DNA from: Eledone cirrhosa
Taxonomy: Eukaryota
Direction: 5' to 3'
Length of the DNA: 64,000 nucleotides
NCBI GenBank assembly: GCA_964016885.1
Contig: OZ024743.1
Location: 322,028,001-322,092,000, forward strand
Under the pieces are notes generated by a model that was not told the DNA's origin, searched no databases, and saw only the letters and a program-made list of their open reading frames with translations. Positions 27,275 to 41,989 of this stretch are shown here, piece by piece (position 1 is the stretch's first letter; every line of letters begins with the position of its first letter). The translations under genes were made by a program, and so were the position numbers.

Positions 27275-27337
27275 AATATGGTTTTATAAATATAGTTTTC
27301 GATTTATTTAATATTGTATATATATATATATATATAT

Positions 27338-27437
27338 CGTTTCTGAATTTGTTTAGCAAGATTCTTTATCTGAAATCGTGTGTTGAAACCGATATTGTTA
27401 TATATTGGCAACATGACCCTCCCAAAGTATAACAATA
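27338..27437 (-). mobile_element. Minimal P2-family footprint
   Basis: Reverse orientation of the 9913 layout with the same two ends. Confidence 0.85.
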
Positions 27438-27510
27438 TATATATATATATATACACACACATATACGGAGAGAATTGTTTTTTTTTCTTTTTTTTTTACT
27501 ATTTTGGTCT

Positions 27511-27660
<150 letters not shown>

Positions 27661-28090
27661 AAACATATCAGCCGTATATTTTATTAGAAATATGGTGACG
27701 AATGGTGTAGACAAGAATGAAACTACAAGTCAATTGGTGATATTTCATTTGACGTGCAAGGATCTTACCAGGCAGGAGGGGTCATTAACATAACAAGTTA
27801 GTGTAGAACACTTCAAGGTCAAACGAATAAAGGAAGAAGAAAGAGCTGGCAATCTAAAGTATATAATTCTGTTTCTAAATTGTCAGACAGCTTACATAGC
27901 AGCTTTCTATTTTAGAAGTAAAACATAAGCTAGGCTAATATTTTAGTCGCACACCCCAGTGTGTTTACATAAATATATTTATATAAACATACAAGCACAT
28001 TGAAACATACAAGCTCACATACACGCACCTCACTTTCTCTCTCTCTCCTCTCTCTCTCTCGCTCGCTCTCTCTCTCTCTCTCTTTCTCTA

Positions 28091-28129
<39 letters not shown>

Positions 28130-28569
28130 TTTTGTATATTCATATATAAATCATTAAAAACATACGTGGAACGTCTAAACCAAACGCAAAATTCGGAAAA
28201 GACAGACACGTGGACAGTTCCCGCTCGTCAGCTGTCTCATTGGAATCATTATTTCAATAGTTTCGGCTTTTTAAGGACAAGATTATACTTCATAGTGTAT
28301 CATAGTAACTAAAGGAAGATAGCTATTGGGGACGAAAACACAACGTACGCTGATCAAGAACAACAAGACGAAATATCAATATCCCGATATAGGACATGAA
28401 CATTTCTACAAGCCAATGCCACACACACGTCTGGATAGGAAAATGTAAGAGGAATAGAGAAATGAATACAAAATATATTGATATAAATAGTTATGTATGT
28501 GTATGCACATACATCACAACTTGATGTTCATATAGAAACGCATTCGCATATATGGAGGAGTGTTTTTCA

Positions 28570-28800
28570 ATGATCTCTCAATTAGGACAGGGCGCGGTTC
28601 TACCTGGTCCGACTCTCTAATCTCCGAGCTACGCACTCTATCGAGTGCCATCACTCCAAAGTCCCTTTGGAGGACCTCCATTTTGGCTGCTTGTATTCGT
28701 GATCGCATAGTTTAGGTGATTATCCAAGATTTGTGACCATAGAGGTAAGAGTTGGCACGAAAACCGAATTGAAGATATCGAATTGGGTTTATGCCTACCT
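28570..28800 (-). mobile_element. RTE-clade LINE fragment (post-RT region, degenerate)
   Basis: Reads ...FNSVFVPTLT/YGHKSWIIT*TMRSRIQAAKMEVLQRDFGVMALDRVRSSEIRES. Confidence 0.75.
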
Positions 28801-28843
28801 CCCTTCTTCTGATTACTGAATACTGAAGCTCACGCAATGCTGC

Positions 28844-29636
<793 letters not shown>

Positions 29637-29780
29637 AATGTAAGTATGCACGCATATATATATGTGTGTGTGTTTAAATAATTTATATCTATATAATTAT
29701 ATAATTATATATAGTGTCTGCAGTGCTGAACACACAAGCCGAAACTGCTTGGCGCCGCAATCGGGACTTTACCTCTTTCG

Positions 29781-29824
<44 letters not shown>

Positions 29825-29825
29825 C

Positions 29826-29864
<39 letters not shown>

Positions 29865-30129
29865 TATATAATCATATACATAAATCTATAACATATATAG
29901 ATAGATAGATATAATATGTAGGTTCCCGTGTGGTATCGGTGGGGTAACTACTTTTAAAAAAGCTACTCAACACGCTGGTAGAGTATAGGCATCTTTATTT
30001 TATATAGAAATGACCTCTACAGGACTAGAACTGTTGCATTAGTATAAAATCATTAGGAATGTCCAATTATTTCGTATGAATGAAATAGACCTATTCTTGT
30101 AGAAGTCATATAGATATATATATACACAC

Positions 30130-30160
<31 letters not shown>

Positions 30161-30309
30161 CACACACACATACATATATATATATGTATATATATATACA
30201 TGCTACTACAAGTATATATATACATATTTACATATATATATAAATATATATATATATATATTTACACATATATATAAATATATATATATATATATTTACA
30301 CATATATAT

Positions 30310-30406
<97 letters not shown>

Positions 30407-30468
30407 TATGTATATTTAAGTAACAGCCGTACTAAGAGTGAGAAATGAAATTTCGTTTCATTTTTTCC

Positions 30469-30504
<36 letters not shown>

Positions 30505-30508
<4 letters not shown>

Positions 30509-30791
30509 AAATGTGTGTAATCCTTGGTACAGTTAGGTATATTAAGACAGGGGGGAAGAAAAAATTGCTTCACTTGTGCTTTCAACAAATTTATTTTCTT
30601 CATAAAATCCAAAAAGAATTTTTTTTCCCGCATTAGAAAAAAATTTTTTCTTAGAAAAAATTATTTTATAAAATAATTTTTTATAAGAAAAAAATGTTTT
30701 CTAATCCGGGAAAAAAATTCTTTTTGGATTTTGTGAAGAAAATAAATTTGTTGAAAGCACAAGTGAAGCCATTTTTTCTTCCCCCCTGTCT
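30505..30791 (-). repeat. Inverted repeat with ~120-bp arms and a left tail
   Basis: agacaggggggaagaaaaa...attttat|aaaataat...ttcttcccccctgtct. Confidence 0.9.
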
Positions 30792-31203
30792 ATATATATA
30801 TGTGAATACATGAAGGCCTAGAGGAGCATGAAGGCAGTAATTAGGCAAATGTAAAAAACCTGTAAAAATACTGTATCAGTTTGTTGTATGAGCGGGAATA
30901 TTCAACAAGTATGGAATGTTACCTTCACCATTGCTTGTTTTCTATAAAAACATACTGAAACACGGCTGATCACCCTGATGTGTCTGCAGTTTCAGACTAA
31001 CTATTAAACTAATTCTTTTTTTCGGTCAATTCGTGGCAAGAGGAAGAACATTTAAGTATACTTATATATACGTGTGTATATATATATATATACATCTGTG
31101 TGTGTGTGTGTGTGTGTGTGTAAGATGGAGAGAGATCCTTCAGTTGAGTTAAAATATAATTTGCAAGGCCCATGTGTTTGTCTAGTTTTCCCTCTCCCAC
31201 ACC

Positions 31204-31239
<36 letters not shown>

Positions 31240-31443
31240 GAAAAAAGTATGACCCCGACGGCAGAGCTCAAGCCGTTTCGACGGCTATTTCTGGACTATT
31301 TCGAGTCCAGAAATAGCCGTCGAAACGGCTTGAGCTCTGCCGTCGGGGTTATACTTTTTCCGATTTCCCACTCTACTACCCTAAGTATTGAGTACTCTGG
31401 TGCGTTATGGTCCATCTGGTTCCTTATCACAATTCCTTTGTTA
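31240..31443 (+). repeat. Hairpin-plus-tail element, family H (copy 1)
   Basis: accccgacggcagagctcaagccgtttcgacggctatttctggac inverted, followed by a tail containing ttatggtccatctggttcctta. Confidence 0.9.
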
Positions 31444-31538
31444 TATATATATACACACACATGCAGAAATATATTCATATACATACCTCCCACTCAAACT
31501 TTTCGTTCTCCCCCTTCTCTCTCTCTCCAAATATATAT

Positions 31539-31570
<32 letters not shown>

Positions 31571-31571
<1 letters not shown>

Positions 31572-31754
31572 AGGAAGGAAATGTGGTAAGGAACCAGGTG
31601 GACCATAACGCACCAAAGTACTCGATACTTGAGGTAGTAGAGTGGGTAATAGGAACCAGTAAGACCCCGACAGCTGAGCTCAAGCCGTTTCGACGGCTAA
31701 TTCAGAATTAGCCGTCGAAACGGCTTGAGCTCAGCTGTCGGGGTCTTACTGGTT

Positions 31755-31759
<5 letters not shown>
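31571..31759 (-). repeat. Hairpin-plus-tail element, family H (copy 2)
   Basis: Perfect hairpin at 31649-31759 with a 1-nt loop and the tail on the left. Confidence 0.9.
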
Positions 31760-31806
<47 letters not shown>

Positions 31807-31903
31807 CAGAGAGAGAGAGAGGGGGGGGGTAATTGAATTGTAATACTTTCCCGTAACACGAGTTTCATGCCAGAGCGATCATCAAGCGAGAACTTTTATT
31901 CTG

Positions 31904-31959
<56 letters not shown>

Positions 31960-32350
31960 CATGTATGCGTGCTTGTGTCTGTTTGTATGTGTGCGTGCAT
32001 ATTATATATCACTGTTTTAAGTGCTCTTCGTCGCACACTTTCTATTTCTTTTCATTTCATTTCATCAATCACTCACTTTCTCTTCACCTAATGTTCTCCT
32101 TTTCTTCCCCGCCCCCTCCATTCCATATATGTTTGTGAGTATGTATATATATATATATGCATACTCACAAACATATGTGAAATGGGAGGTGGGCAGTTTG
32201 TATGTGTGTATATAAATATACACACATACAAACATACATACATGCACACACACATACATAGATGCATACATACATACATACATACAGACAGACAGACAGA
32301 CATACATACAAACATGCATACATACATACATACATACATACATACATACA

Positions 32351-32381
<31 letters not shown>

Positions 32382-32885
32382 GCACAAAACTTCTCCCTCT
32401 ACTAGCTCACACGTTAACTCCTAACAGTGTAACCGACCTAAACACACGCATGCAAGTTAAAACACACTCAATCACACACAAACTCACATACATACAGTAT
32501 ACATGTACAAACAGACATTCTTAGACTGCGACTGCGAAGGAAAGCACAAAGCAATGAAGGGCTACAGAGGTGGTGGTTTGCCAGAGATTCTTTTTGCCCG
32601 ATTCTGACGTGAATGGTACTGAATGTATGCAGATAGAGAGAGCGGGGGAGAGAGATTGTGGATGGAGAGAGGGTGGAGAGAAAGAGAGAGAGAGTGAGAG
32701 TCAAAGATGTCATGGAGATGGGGTCTGTATCAAATATTTGGTAATGTTCACTTTCCCATGAAAGTAGATGTGAATAATAAAGAACTGTAGGGCAGAGAAG
32801 AATGAAAAGAACGCGATATATATATAATATATATATATGTGTGTGTGTATGTGTATGTATGTATGTATGTATGTATGTATGTATG

Positions 32886-32920
<35 letters not shown>

Positions 32921-32953
32921 GTACACGCACGCACACACACATATATATGTGTT

Positions 32954-33006
<53 letters not shown>

Positions 33007-33020
33007 ATGTGTGTACAACT

Positions 33021-33059
<39 letters not shown>

Positions 33060-33074
33060 TTATTTATTTCTCTA

Positions 33075-33215
<141 letters not shown>

Positions 33216-34000
33216 TGAGAGAGAAGGAAATATAGACAGGGTGATGGAATAAGCATAAGAGAAGACAAGTTTGTACGGGGGGAGGGGCATTAAAGTGAAA
33301 GTGGTGAAGGAAAAGATGAATGAAGTAAGTTATTAAGTATAGTGAAGCAATAATTTCTTGTTAAATATTTCTAGAGGGTTCGATAAAAGAAGAGACACAG
33401 TCAAAGAGTGGAACATACAGTAGGTTGTCAATTGAGAAAGATATGGTTGCTATTTCTAGCAGATCCAGCAACTATGTAGAGTTTCCGTCGTTAGTTTCAT
33501 GTAGAAGAAAGTCTGGTGTAAGATATCGCTGTGTCTCGTGTAGTGTAATACAGTGTGGTGTAGTGTTATGTAGTGTAATATAGGTTAGTGTAGAGTTCAA
33601 TGGAGAGTAATGCAATGGGATGTTGTGGGATGCAATTCAGTGCAGTTTTGTGGGATGACATTAAAAAACTGCCAAGATAGGAGATACGATATATTGTCAA
33701 AGATTTACCAACTATAAACAAGATCTTTTTGTACTTGGAAGCTACGAATAGATTCAACAACAGAAACTTTTAGCTGTTTTACAGCTGCCCTTGTTTTATA
33801 TTTTGTCTTTATCTTGTTTTTATGCTTTTTATGCCTCCCGTTAGACTTTCTTCACTTTTTCTTTTATCGCCCTGCCTATCGTATTTTTGTTTCTTAACTA
33901 TAAGGGGTACTAGATACCTCCCCTAGTCTGCCAAGACTTAATAGCTCTATACAAACGTTTAAATTGATTAAATATATAAATAAATAACAAGTGAAGTGAC

Positions 34001-37000
34001 GTGTATTGTTGTGGATTGGTGAGTAGTATTGTGGGTTGGTGTGTAGTGTTGTGGGTTGGGTGTAGTGTTGTGGGTTGGTGTGTAGTGTTGTAGGTTGGTG
34101 TGTAGTGTTGTGGATTGGTGTGTATTGTTGTGGATTGGTGAGTAGTATTGTGGGTTGGTGTGTAGCGTTGTAGGTTGGTGTGTAGTGTTGTGGATTGGTG
34201 TGTTGTGTTGTAGGTTGGTGCGTAGTGTTGTGGGTTGGTGTTGTAGTGTTGTCGGTTGGTGTGTAGTGTTGTGGGTTGGTGTGTAGTGTTGTAGGTTGGT
34301 GTGTAGTGTTGTAGGTTGGTGTGTAGTGTTGTGGGTTGGTGTGTAGTGTCGTGGGTTGGTGTGTAGTGTTGTGGGTTGGTGTTGTAGTGTTGTGGCTTGG
34401 TATGTAGTGTTGTGGGTTGGTGTGTAATGTTGTGGGTTGGTGTGTATTGTTGTGGGTTGGTGTGTAGTGTTGTGGATTTGTGTGTAGTGTTCTGGGTTGG
34501 TGTGTAATGCTGTGGATTGGTGTTGTATTGTTGTGGATTGGTGTGTATTGTTGTGGATTGGTGTGTAGCGTTGTAGGTTGGTGTGTAGTGTTGTGGGTTG
34601 GTGTGTAGTGTTGTGGATTGGTGTGTTGTGTTGTAGGTTGGTGTGTAGTGTTGTGGATTGGTGTGTAGTGTTGTGGATTGGTGAGTAGTATTGTGGGTTG
34701 GTGTGTAGTGTTGTGGGTTGGTGTGTAGTGTTGTGGGTCGATGTGTAGTGTTGTGGGTTGGTGTGTAGTGTTGTGGGTTGGTGTGTAGTGTTGTGGATTG
34801 GTGTGTAGTGTTGTAGGTTGGTGTGTAGTGTTGTGGGTTAGTGTGTAGTGTTGTGGATTGGTGTTGTATTGTTGTGGGTTGGTGTGTATTGTTGTAGATT
34901 TGTGTGTAGTGTTGTAGGTTGGTGTGTAGTGTTGTGGATTGGTGTTGTATTGTTGTGGGTTGGTGTGTAGTGTTGTGGGCTGGTGTGTAGTGTTGTAGGT
35001 TGGTGTGTAGTGTTGTGAGTTTCTGTGTATTTGTGTGGGTTGGTGTGTAGTGTTGTGGGTTGGTGTGTATTGTTGTGGATTGGTGTGTAGTGTTGTAGGT
35101 TGGTGTGTAGTGTTGTGGGTTGGTGTGTAATGTTGTGGATTGGTGTTGTATTGTTGTGGGTTGGTGTGTATTGTGGATTGGTGTGTAGTGTTGTAGTTTG
35201 GTGTGTAGTGTTGTGGATTGGTGTTGTATTGTTGTGGGTTGGTGTGTAGTGTTGTAGGTTGGTGTGTAGTGTTGTGGGTTGGTGTGTAGTGTTGTGGATT
35301 GGTGTTGTATTGTTGTGGGTTGGTGTGTATTGTTGTGGATTGGTGTCTAGTGTTGTAGGTTGGTGTGTAGTGTTGTAGATTGGTGTTGTATTGTTGTGGG
35401 TTGGTGTGTAGTGTTGTGGATTGGTGTGTCGTGTTGTAGGTTGGTGTGTAGTGTTGTGGGTTGGTGTGTAGTGTTGTGAGTTTCTGTGTATTTGTGTGGA
35501 TTGGTGTGTAGTGTTGTAGGTTGGTGTATAGTGTTGTGGATTGGTGTGTAGTGTTGTGGGTTGGTGTGTAGTGTTGTGGGTTGGTGTGTATTGTTGTGGG
35601 TTGGTGTGTAGTGTTGTGGGTTGGTGTATAGTATTGTGGGTTGGTATGTAGTGTTGTGGGTTGGTGTGTAGTGTTGTGGGTTGGCGTGTAGTGTTGTGGG
35701 TTGGTGTGTAGTGTTGTGGGTTGGTGTGTATTGTTGTGGGTTGGTGTGTAGTGTTGTGGATTTGTGTGTAGTGTTCTGGGTTGGTGTGTAGTGTTTTGGG
35801 TTGGTGTGTAGTGTTGTGAGTTTCTGTGTATTTGTGTGGATTGGTGTGTAGTGTTGTAGGTTGGTGTATAGTGTTGTGGATTGGTGTGTAGTGTTGTGGG
35901 TTGGTGTGTAGTGTTGTGGGTTGGTGTGTATTGTTGTGGGTTGGTGTGTATTGTGGATTGGTGTGTAGTGTTGTAGTTTGGTGTGTAGTGTTGTGGATTG
36001 GTGTTGTATTGTTGTGGTTTGGTGTGTAGTGTTGTAGGTTGGTGTGTAGTGTTGTGGGTTGGTGTGTAGTGTTGTGGGTTGGTGTGTAGTGTTGTGGATT
36101 GGTGTTGTATTGTTGTGGGTTGGTGTGTATTGTTGTGGATTGGTGTCTAGTGTTGTAGGTTGGTGTGTAGTGTTGTGGGTTGGTGTGTAGTGTTGTGGAT
36201 TGGTGTGTTGTGTTGTAGGTTGGTGTGTAGTGTTGTGGATTGGTGTGTAGTGTTGTGGATTGGTGAGTAGTATTGTGGGTTGGTGTGTAGTGTTGTGGGT
36301 TGGTGTGTAGTGTTGTGGGTCGATGTGTAGTGTTGTGGGTTGGTGTGTAGTGTTGTGGGTTGGTGTGTAGTGTTGTGGATTGGTGTGTAGTGTTGTAGGT
36401 TGGTGTGTAGTGTTGTGGGTTAGTGTGTAGTGTTGTGGATTGGTGTTGTATTGTTGTGGGTTGGTGTGTATTGTTGTAGATTTGTGTGTAGTGTTGTAGG
36501 TTGGTGTGTAGTGTTGTGGATTGGTGTTGTATTGTTGTGGGTTGGTGTGTAGTGTTGTGGGCTGGTGTGTAGTGTTGTAGGTTGGTGTGTAGTGTTGTGA
36601 GTTTCTGTGTATTTGTGTGGGTTGGTGTGTAGTGTTGTGGGTTGGTGTGTATTGTTGTGGATTGGTGTGTAGTGTTGTAGGTTGGTGTGTAGTGTTGTGG
36701 GTTGGTGTGTAATGTTGTGGATTGGTGTTGTATTGTTGTGGGTTGGTGTGTATTGTGGATTGGTGTGTAGTGTTGTAGTTTGGTGTGTAGTGTTGTGGAT
36801 TGGTGTTGTATTGTTGTGGGTTGGTGTGTAGTGTTGTAGGTTGGTGTGTAGTGTTGTGGGTTGGTGTGTAGTGTTGTGGATTGGTGTTGTATTGTTGTGG
36901 GTTGGTGTGTATTGTTGTGGATTGGTGTCTAGTGTTGTAGGTTGGTGTGTAGTGTTGTGGATTGGTGTTGTATTGTTGTGGGTTGGTGTGTAGTGTTGTG

Positions 37001-40000
37001 GATTGGTGTGTAGTGTTGTAGGTTGGTGTGTAGTGTTGTGGGTTGGTGTGTAGTGTTGTGAGTTTCTGTGTATTTGTGTGGATTGGTGTGTAGTGTTGTA
37101 GGTTGGTGTATAGTGTTGTGGATTGGTGTGTAGTGTTGTGGGTTGGTGTGTAGTGTTGTGGGTTGGTGTGTATTGTTGTGGGTTGGTGTGTAGTGTTGTG
37201 GGTTGGTGTATAGTATTGTGGGTTGGTATGTAGTGTTGTGGGTTGGTGTGTAGTGTTGTGGGTTGGCGTGTAGTGTTGTGGGTTGGTGTGTAGTGTTGTG
37301 GGTTGGTGTGTATTGTTGTGGGTTGGTGTGTAGTGTTGTGGATTTGTGTGTAGTGTTCTGGGTTGGTGTGTAGTGCTGTGGGTTGGTGTGTAGTGTTTTG
37401 GGTTGGTGTGTAGTGTTGTGAGTTTCTGTGTATTTGTGTGGATTGGTGTGTAGTGTTGTAGGTTGGTGTATAGTGTTGTGGATTGGTGTGTAGTGTTGTG
37501 GGTTGGTGTGTAGTGTTGTGGGTTGGTGTGTATTGTTGTGGGTTGGTGTGTATTGTGGATTGGTGTGTAGTGTTGTAGTTTGGTGTGTAGTGTTGTGGAT
37601 TGGTGTTGTATTGTTGTGGTTTGGTGTGTAGTGTTGTAGGTTGGTGTGTAGTGTTGTGGGTTGGTGTGTAGTGTTGTGGGTTGGTGTGTAGTGTTGTGGA
37701 TTGGTGTTGTATTGTTGTGGGTTGGTGTGTATTGTTGTGGATTGGTGTCTAGTGTTGTAGGTTGGTGTGTAGTGTTGTGGATTGGTGTCGTATTGTTGTG
37801 GATTAGTGTGTATTGTTGTGGATTGGTGTGTAGTGTTGTAGGTTGGTGTGTAGTGTTGTGGATTGGTGTTGTATTGTTGTGGGTTGGTGTGTATTGTTGT
37901 AGATTTGTGTGTAGAGTTGTAGGTTGGTGTGTAGTGTTGTGGATTGGTGTTGTATTGTTGTGGGTTGGTGTGTAGTGTTGTGGGCTGGTGTGTAGTGTTG
38001 TAGGTTGGTGTGTAGTGTTGTGGGTTGGTGTGTAGTGTTGTGAGTTTCTGTGTATTTGTGTGGGTTGGTGTGTAGTGTTGTGGGTTGGTGTGTATTGTTG
38101 TGGATTGGTGTGTAGTGTTGTATGTTGGTGTGTAGTGTTGTAGGTTGGTGTGTAGTGTTGTGGATTGGTGTTGTATTGTTGTGGGTTGGTGTGTATTGTG
38201 GATTGGTGTGTAGTGTTGTAGTTTGGTGTGTAGTGTTGTGGATTGGTGTTGTATTGTTGTGGGTTGGTGTGTAGTGTTGTAGGTTGGTGTGTAGTGTTGT
38301 GGGTTGGTGTGTAGTGTTGTGGATTGGTGTTGTATTGTTGTGGGTTGGTGTGTATTGTTGTGGATTGGTGTCTAGTGTTGTAGGTTGGTGTGTAGTGTTG
38401 TGGATTGGTGTTGTTTTGTTGTGGGTTGGTGTGTAGTGTTGTGGGTTGGTGTGTAGTGTTGTAGGTTGGTGTGTAGTGTTGTGGGTTGGTGTGTAGTGTT
38501 GTAGGTTGGTGTGTAGTGTTGTGGGTTGGTGTGTAGTGTTGTGAGTTTCTGTGTATTTGTGTGGATTGGTGTGTAGTGTTGTAGGTTGGTGTATAGTGTT
38601 GTGGATTGGTGTGTAGTGTTGTGGGTTGGTGTGTAGTGTTGTGGGTTGGTGTGTATTGTTGTGGGTTGGTGTGTAGTGTTGTGGGTTGGTGTATAGTATT
38701 GTGGGTTGGTATGTAGTGTTGTGGGTTGGTGTGTAGTGTTGTGGGTTGGCGTGTAGTGTTGTGGGTTGGTGTGTAGTGTTGTGGGTTGGTGTGTATTGTT
38801 GTGGGTTGGTGTGTAGTGTTGTGGATTTGTGTGTAGTGTTCTGGGTTGGTGTGCAGTGCTGTGGGTTGGTGTGTAGTGTTTTGGGTTGGTGTGTAGTGTT
38901 GTGAGTTTCTGTGTATTTGTGTGGATTGGTGTGTAGTGTTGTAGGTTGGTGTATAGTGTTGTGGATTGGTGTGTAGTGTTGTGGGTTGGTGTGTAGTGTT
39001 GTGGGTTGGTGTGTATTGTTGTGGGTTGGTGTGTAGTGTTGTGGGTTGGTGTATAGTATTGTGGGTTGGTATGTAGTGTTGTGGGTTGGTGTGTAGTGTT
39101 GTGGGTTGGCGTGTAGTGTTGTGGGTTGGTGTGTAGTGTTGTGGGTTGGTGTGTATTGTTGTGGGTTGGTGTGTAGTGTTGTGGATTTGTGTGTAGTGTT
39201 CTGGGTTAGTGTGTAGTGCTGTGGGTTGGTGTGTAGTGTTTTGGGTTGGTGTGTAATGTTGTGGATTGGTGTTGTATTGTTGTGGATTGGTGTGTATTGT
39301 TGTGGATTGGTGTGTAGTGTTGTAAGTTGGTGCGTAGTGTTGTGGGTTGGTGTGTAGTGTTGTGAGTTTCTGTGTATTTGTGTGGATTGGTGTGTAGTGT
39401 TGTAGGTTGGTGTATAGTGTTGTGGGTTGGTGTGTAGTGTTGTGAGTTTCTGTGTATTTGTGTGGATTGGTGTGTAGTGTTGTAGGTTGGTGTATAGTGT
39501 TGTGGATTGGTGTGTATTGTTGAGGGTTGGTGTGTAGTGTTGTGGGTTGGTGTGTATTGTTGTGGGTTGGTGTGTAGTGTTGTGGGTTGGTGTGTAGTGT
39601 TTTGGGTTGGTGTGTAGTGTTGTGGGTTGGTATGTAGTGTTGTGGGTTGGTGTGTAGTGTTGTGGGTTGGTGTGTAGTGTTGTGGGTTGGTGTGTAGTGT
39701 AGTGGGTTGGTGTGTAGTGTTGTGGATTTGTGTGTAGTGTTCTGGGTTGGTGTGTAGTACTGTGGGCTGGTGTGTAGTGTTTTGGGTTGGTGTGTAATGT
39801 TGTGGATTGGTGTTGTATTGTTGTGGATTGGTGTGTATTGTTGTGGATTGGTGTGTAGTGGTGTAGGTTGCTGTGTAGTGTTGTGGGTTGGTGTGTAGTG
39901 TTGTGAGTTTCTGTGTATTTGTGTGTAGTGTTGTAGGTTGGTGTATAGTGTTGTGGGTTGGTGTGTATTGTTGTGGGTTGGTGTGTAGTGTTGTGGGTTG

Positions 40001-40055
40001 GTGTGTATTGTTGTGGGTTGGTGTGTAGTGTTGTGGGTTGGTGTGTAGTGTTGTG
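34001..40055 (+). repeat. 20-bp satellite (gtgtagtgttgtgggttggt)n, ~300 units, with higher-order structure
   Basis: Continuous tandem array. Variant markers recur at 1582-bp spacing. Confidence 0.98.
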
Positions 40056-40654
40056 TTGTTGAGTGGAGTGAAGAATTGCAGAGTTTTGTGCAGTGCCGTG
40101 CAGTGATGTGTTTATTGTGGAGTATTATGACAATGAGAGGAGATGAGCATTATGGAATGGAATTTAGTGGCGTGGGGAAGAGCATTATGGGTTAGAGTAA
40201 AGTTTAGTGGAGAAGGGATAATTGGCGTGGAGATTAAGGTTGCAGAATGAAGTTTTGTGGAGTGGAGATGAATGTTATGTCGTGGAGTGGAGTTTAATGG
40301 AATGGAGACGAGTGTTATGGAGTGGAGTTTAGGGGAGAGGGGATATGTGGAGTGGAGATGAGTGTTATGGATTAGAGTGGAGTTTAGTGGAGTGGTGGTT
40401 CATGTTGTGGCAATCGGATATGACTCTGGGATCAGAAATCTCTTCTTATAATGGCCTACTTTTGATATATTTTAGTTTCGAACATGGCCCACATCTACAT
40501 TACAACATATCTTATATAAACAAACTTTGATAGGGTATGAGGCTACTTGTTAAAGGTTTCTTACAGCATTCATTAATAAGAATGGCCCACACTTGTTCTA
40601 TCTTCCCGTTTTGTCAAAACTATTATTATGTACTTGACTCTGAAATTAAGTTAC

Positions 40655-41348
40655 TAAAGTTACTAAAGCTCCTTAGTTCTGGAATTGTTACGTCTTAAGT
40701 TATTAAAGGTCTTTAATTCTGAAATTGTTATGTCTTAAGTTACTAAAACTCCTTAGCTCTGGAATTGTTACGTCTTAAGTTATTAAAGGATCTTAGCTCT
40801 GGAATTGTTACGTCTTAAGTTACTAAAGCTCCTTAGTTCTGAAATTGTTACGTCTTAAGTTACTAAATGTCCTTAGCTCTGAAATTGTTACGTCTTAAGT
40901 TACTAAATGTCCTTAGCTCTGAAATTGTTACGTCTTAAGTTACTAAAGCTCCTTAATTCTGAAATTGTTACGTCTTAAATTACTAAATGTCCTTAGCTCT
41001 GAAATTGTTACGTCTTAAGTTACTAAAGCTCCTTAATTCTGAAATTGTTACGTCTTAAGTTACTAAATGTCCTTAGCTCTGGAATTGTTACGTCTTAAGT
41101 TATTAAAGGTCCTTAGTTTTGAAATTGTTACGTCTTAAGTTACTAAAGGTCCTTAGTAGAGGAATTGTAGCGTCTTAAGTTACTAAAGGTCCTTAGCTCT
41201 GGAATTCTTACGTCTTAAGTTACCAAAGGTCCTTAGCTCTGGAATTGTTACGTCTTAAGTTACTAAAGGTCCTTAGTAGAGAAATTGTAGCGCCTTAAGT
41301 TATTAAAATTCCTTAGTATTGAAATTATTACGTCTTAAGTTACTAAAT
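40655..41348 (+). repeat. 40-bp minisatellite, ~17 copies
   Basis: Consensus gaaattgttacgtcttaagttactaaaggtccttagctct. Confidence 0.97.
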
Positions 41349-41511
41349 ATCCCATTAGACATTGATGGAGGATTCTGTCCTTGGCATAATCAAATATTTA
41401 TTCTGAGAAAAGATTCTCCATATGTTCAAGTATGTATATCTCGGATGTCTCTCCACCCCACCCCCCAACCTCTCTATCTCTCTCTCGCTTTCTTTCTCAT
41501 ACATATATATG

Positions 41512-41543
<32 letters not shown>

Positions 41544-41952
41544 CGCGCGCGCGCGCCTGTGTGTGTGTGCGCGCGCGCCTGTGTGTGTGTGTGTGCGTGT
41601 GTGTGAATAGTGAAGTTATTCGCTTCACAATCATGTCTCTACCATAAACACATATCAACTGAAACAGTGTGAGTGAATTGGATTGAAGGAAACTGTTTAG
41701 AAGCCGTCAAATGGGCATTATATGTCATACAAAGAGCCAGTCTTGTTATACTGTGTCCCACTGACTCAACTTGAGAATTGCGTTAAGGTACACGTATATA
41801 TCTATATCTACATACTTGACTTGTCTCTTTATTTCTCTCACTTTCTCAATATATGTATGTCTGTGTATGTAAAAGGTATGAAGACAACAAAGCAAACAAC
41901 ACATTACAATAAAGAAATATGTTAGTTTAACGCTTGATATAGTAGGAAAACA

Positions 41953-41989
41953 TTCTTTACGTTTCGGACATTTGTCGTTAATCAGAAGA
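41953..41989 (-). ncRNA. Degenerate hammerhead (core CTGATTA)
   Basis: Minus strand: tctt-CTGATTA-acgacaaatgtcc-GAAA-CG-TA-aaga. Confidence 0.45.

Larger units (their letters stand above)
26853..27318 (-). repeat. Inverted repeat (arms 26942-27119 / 27140-27318) with a left tail; PLE footprint
   Basis: Near-perfect ~178-bp arms. Related to 62511-62875 and 42775-42960. Confidence 0.9.

Noticed and set aside
34001-40055. Telomeric repeat or coding repeat (ORF 37661-37975)
   Set aside because: The unit is a 20-mer rather than TTAGGG-like, the array is interstitial, and the ORF is a chance frame.
40655-41348. 40-bp array as a CRISPR array
   Set aside because: Units are contiguous with no unique spacers, there are no cas genes, and the context is eukaryotic.
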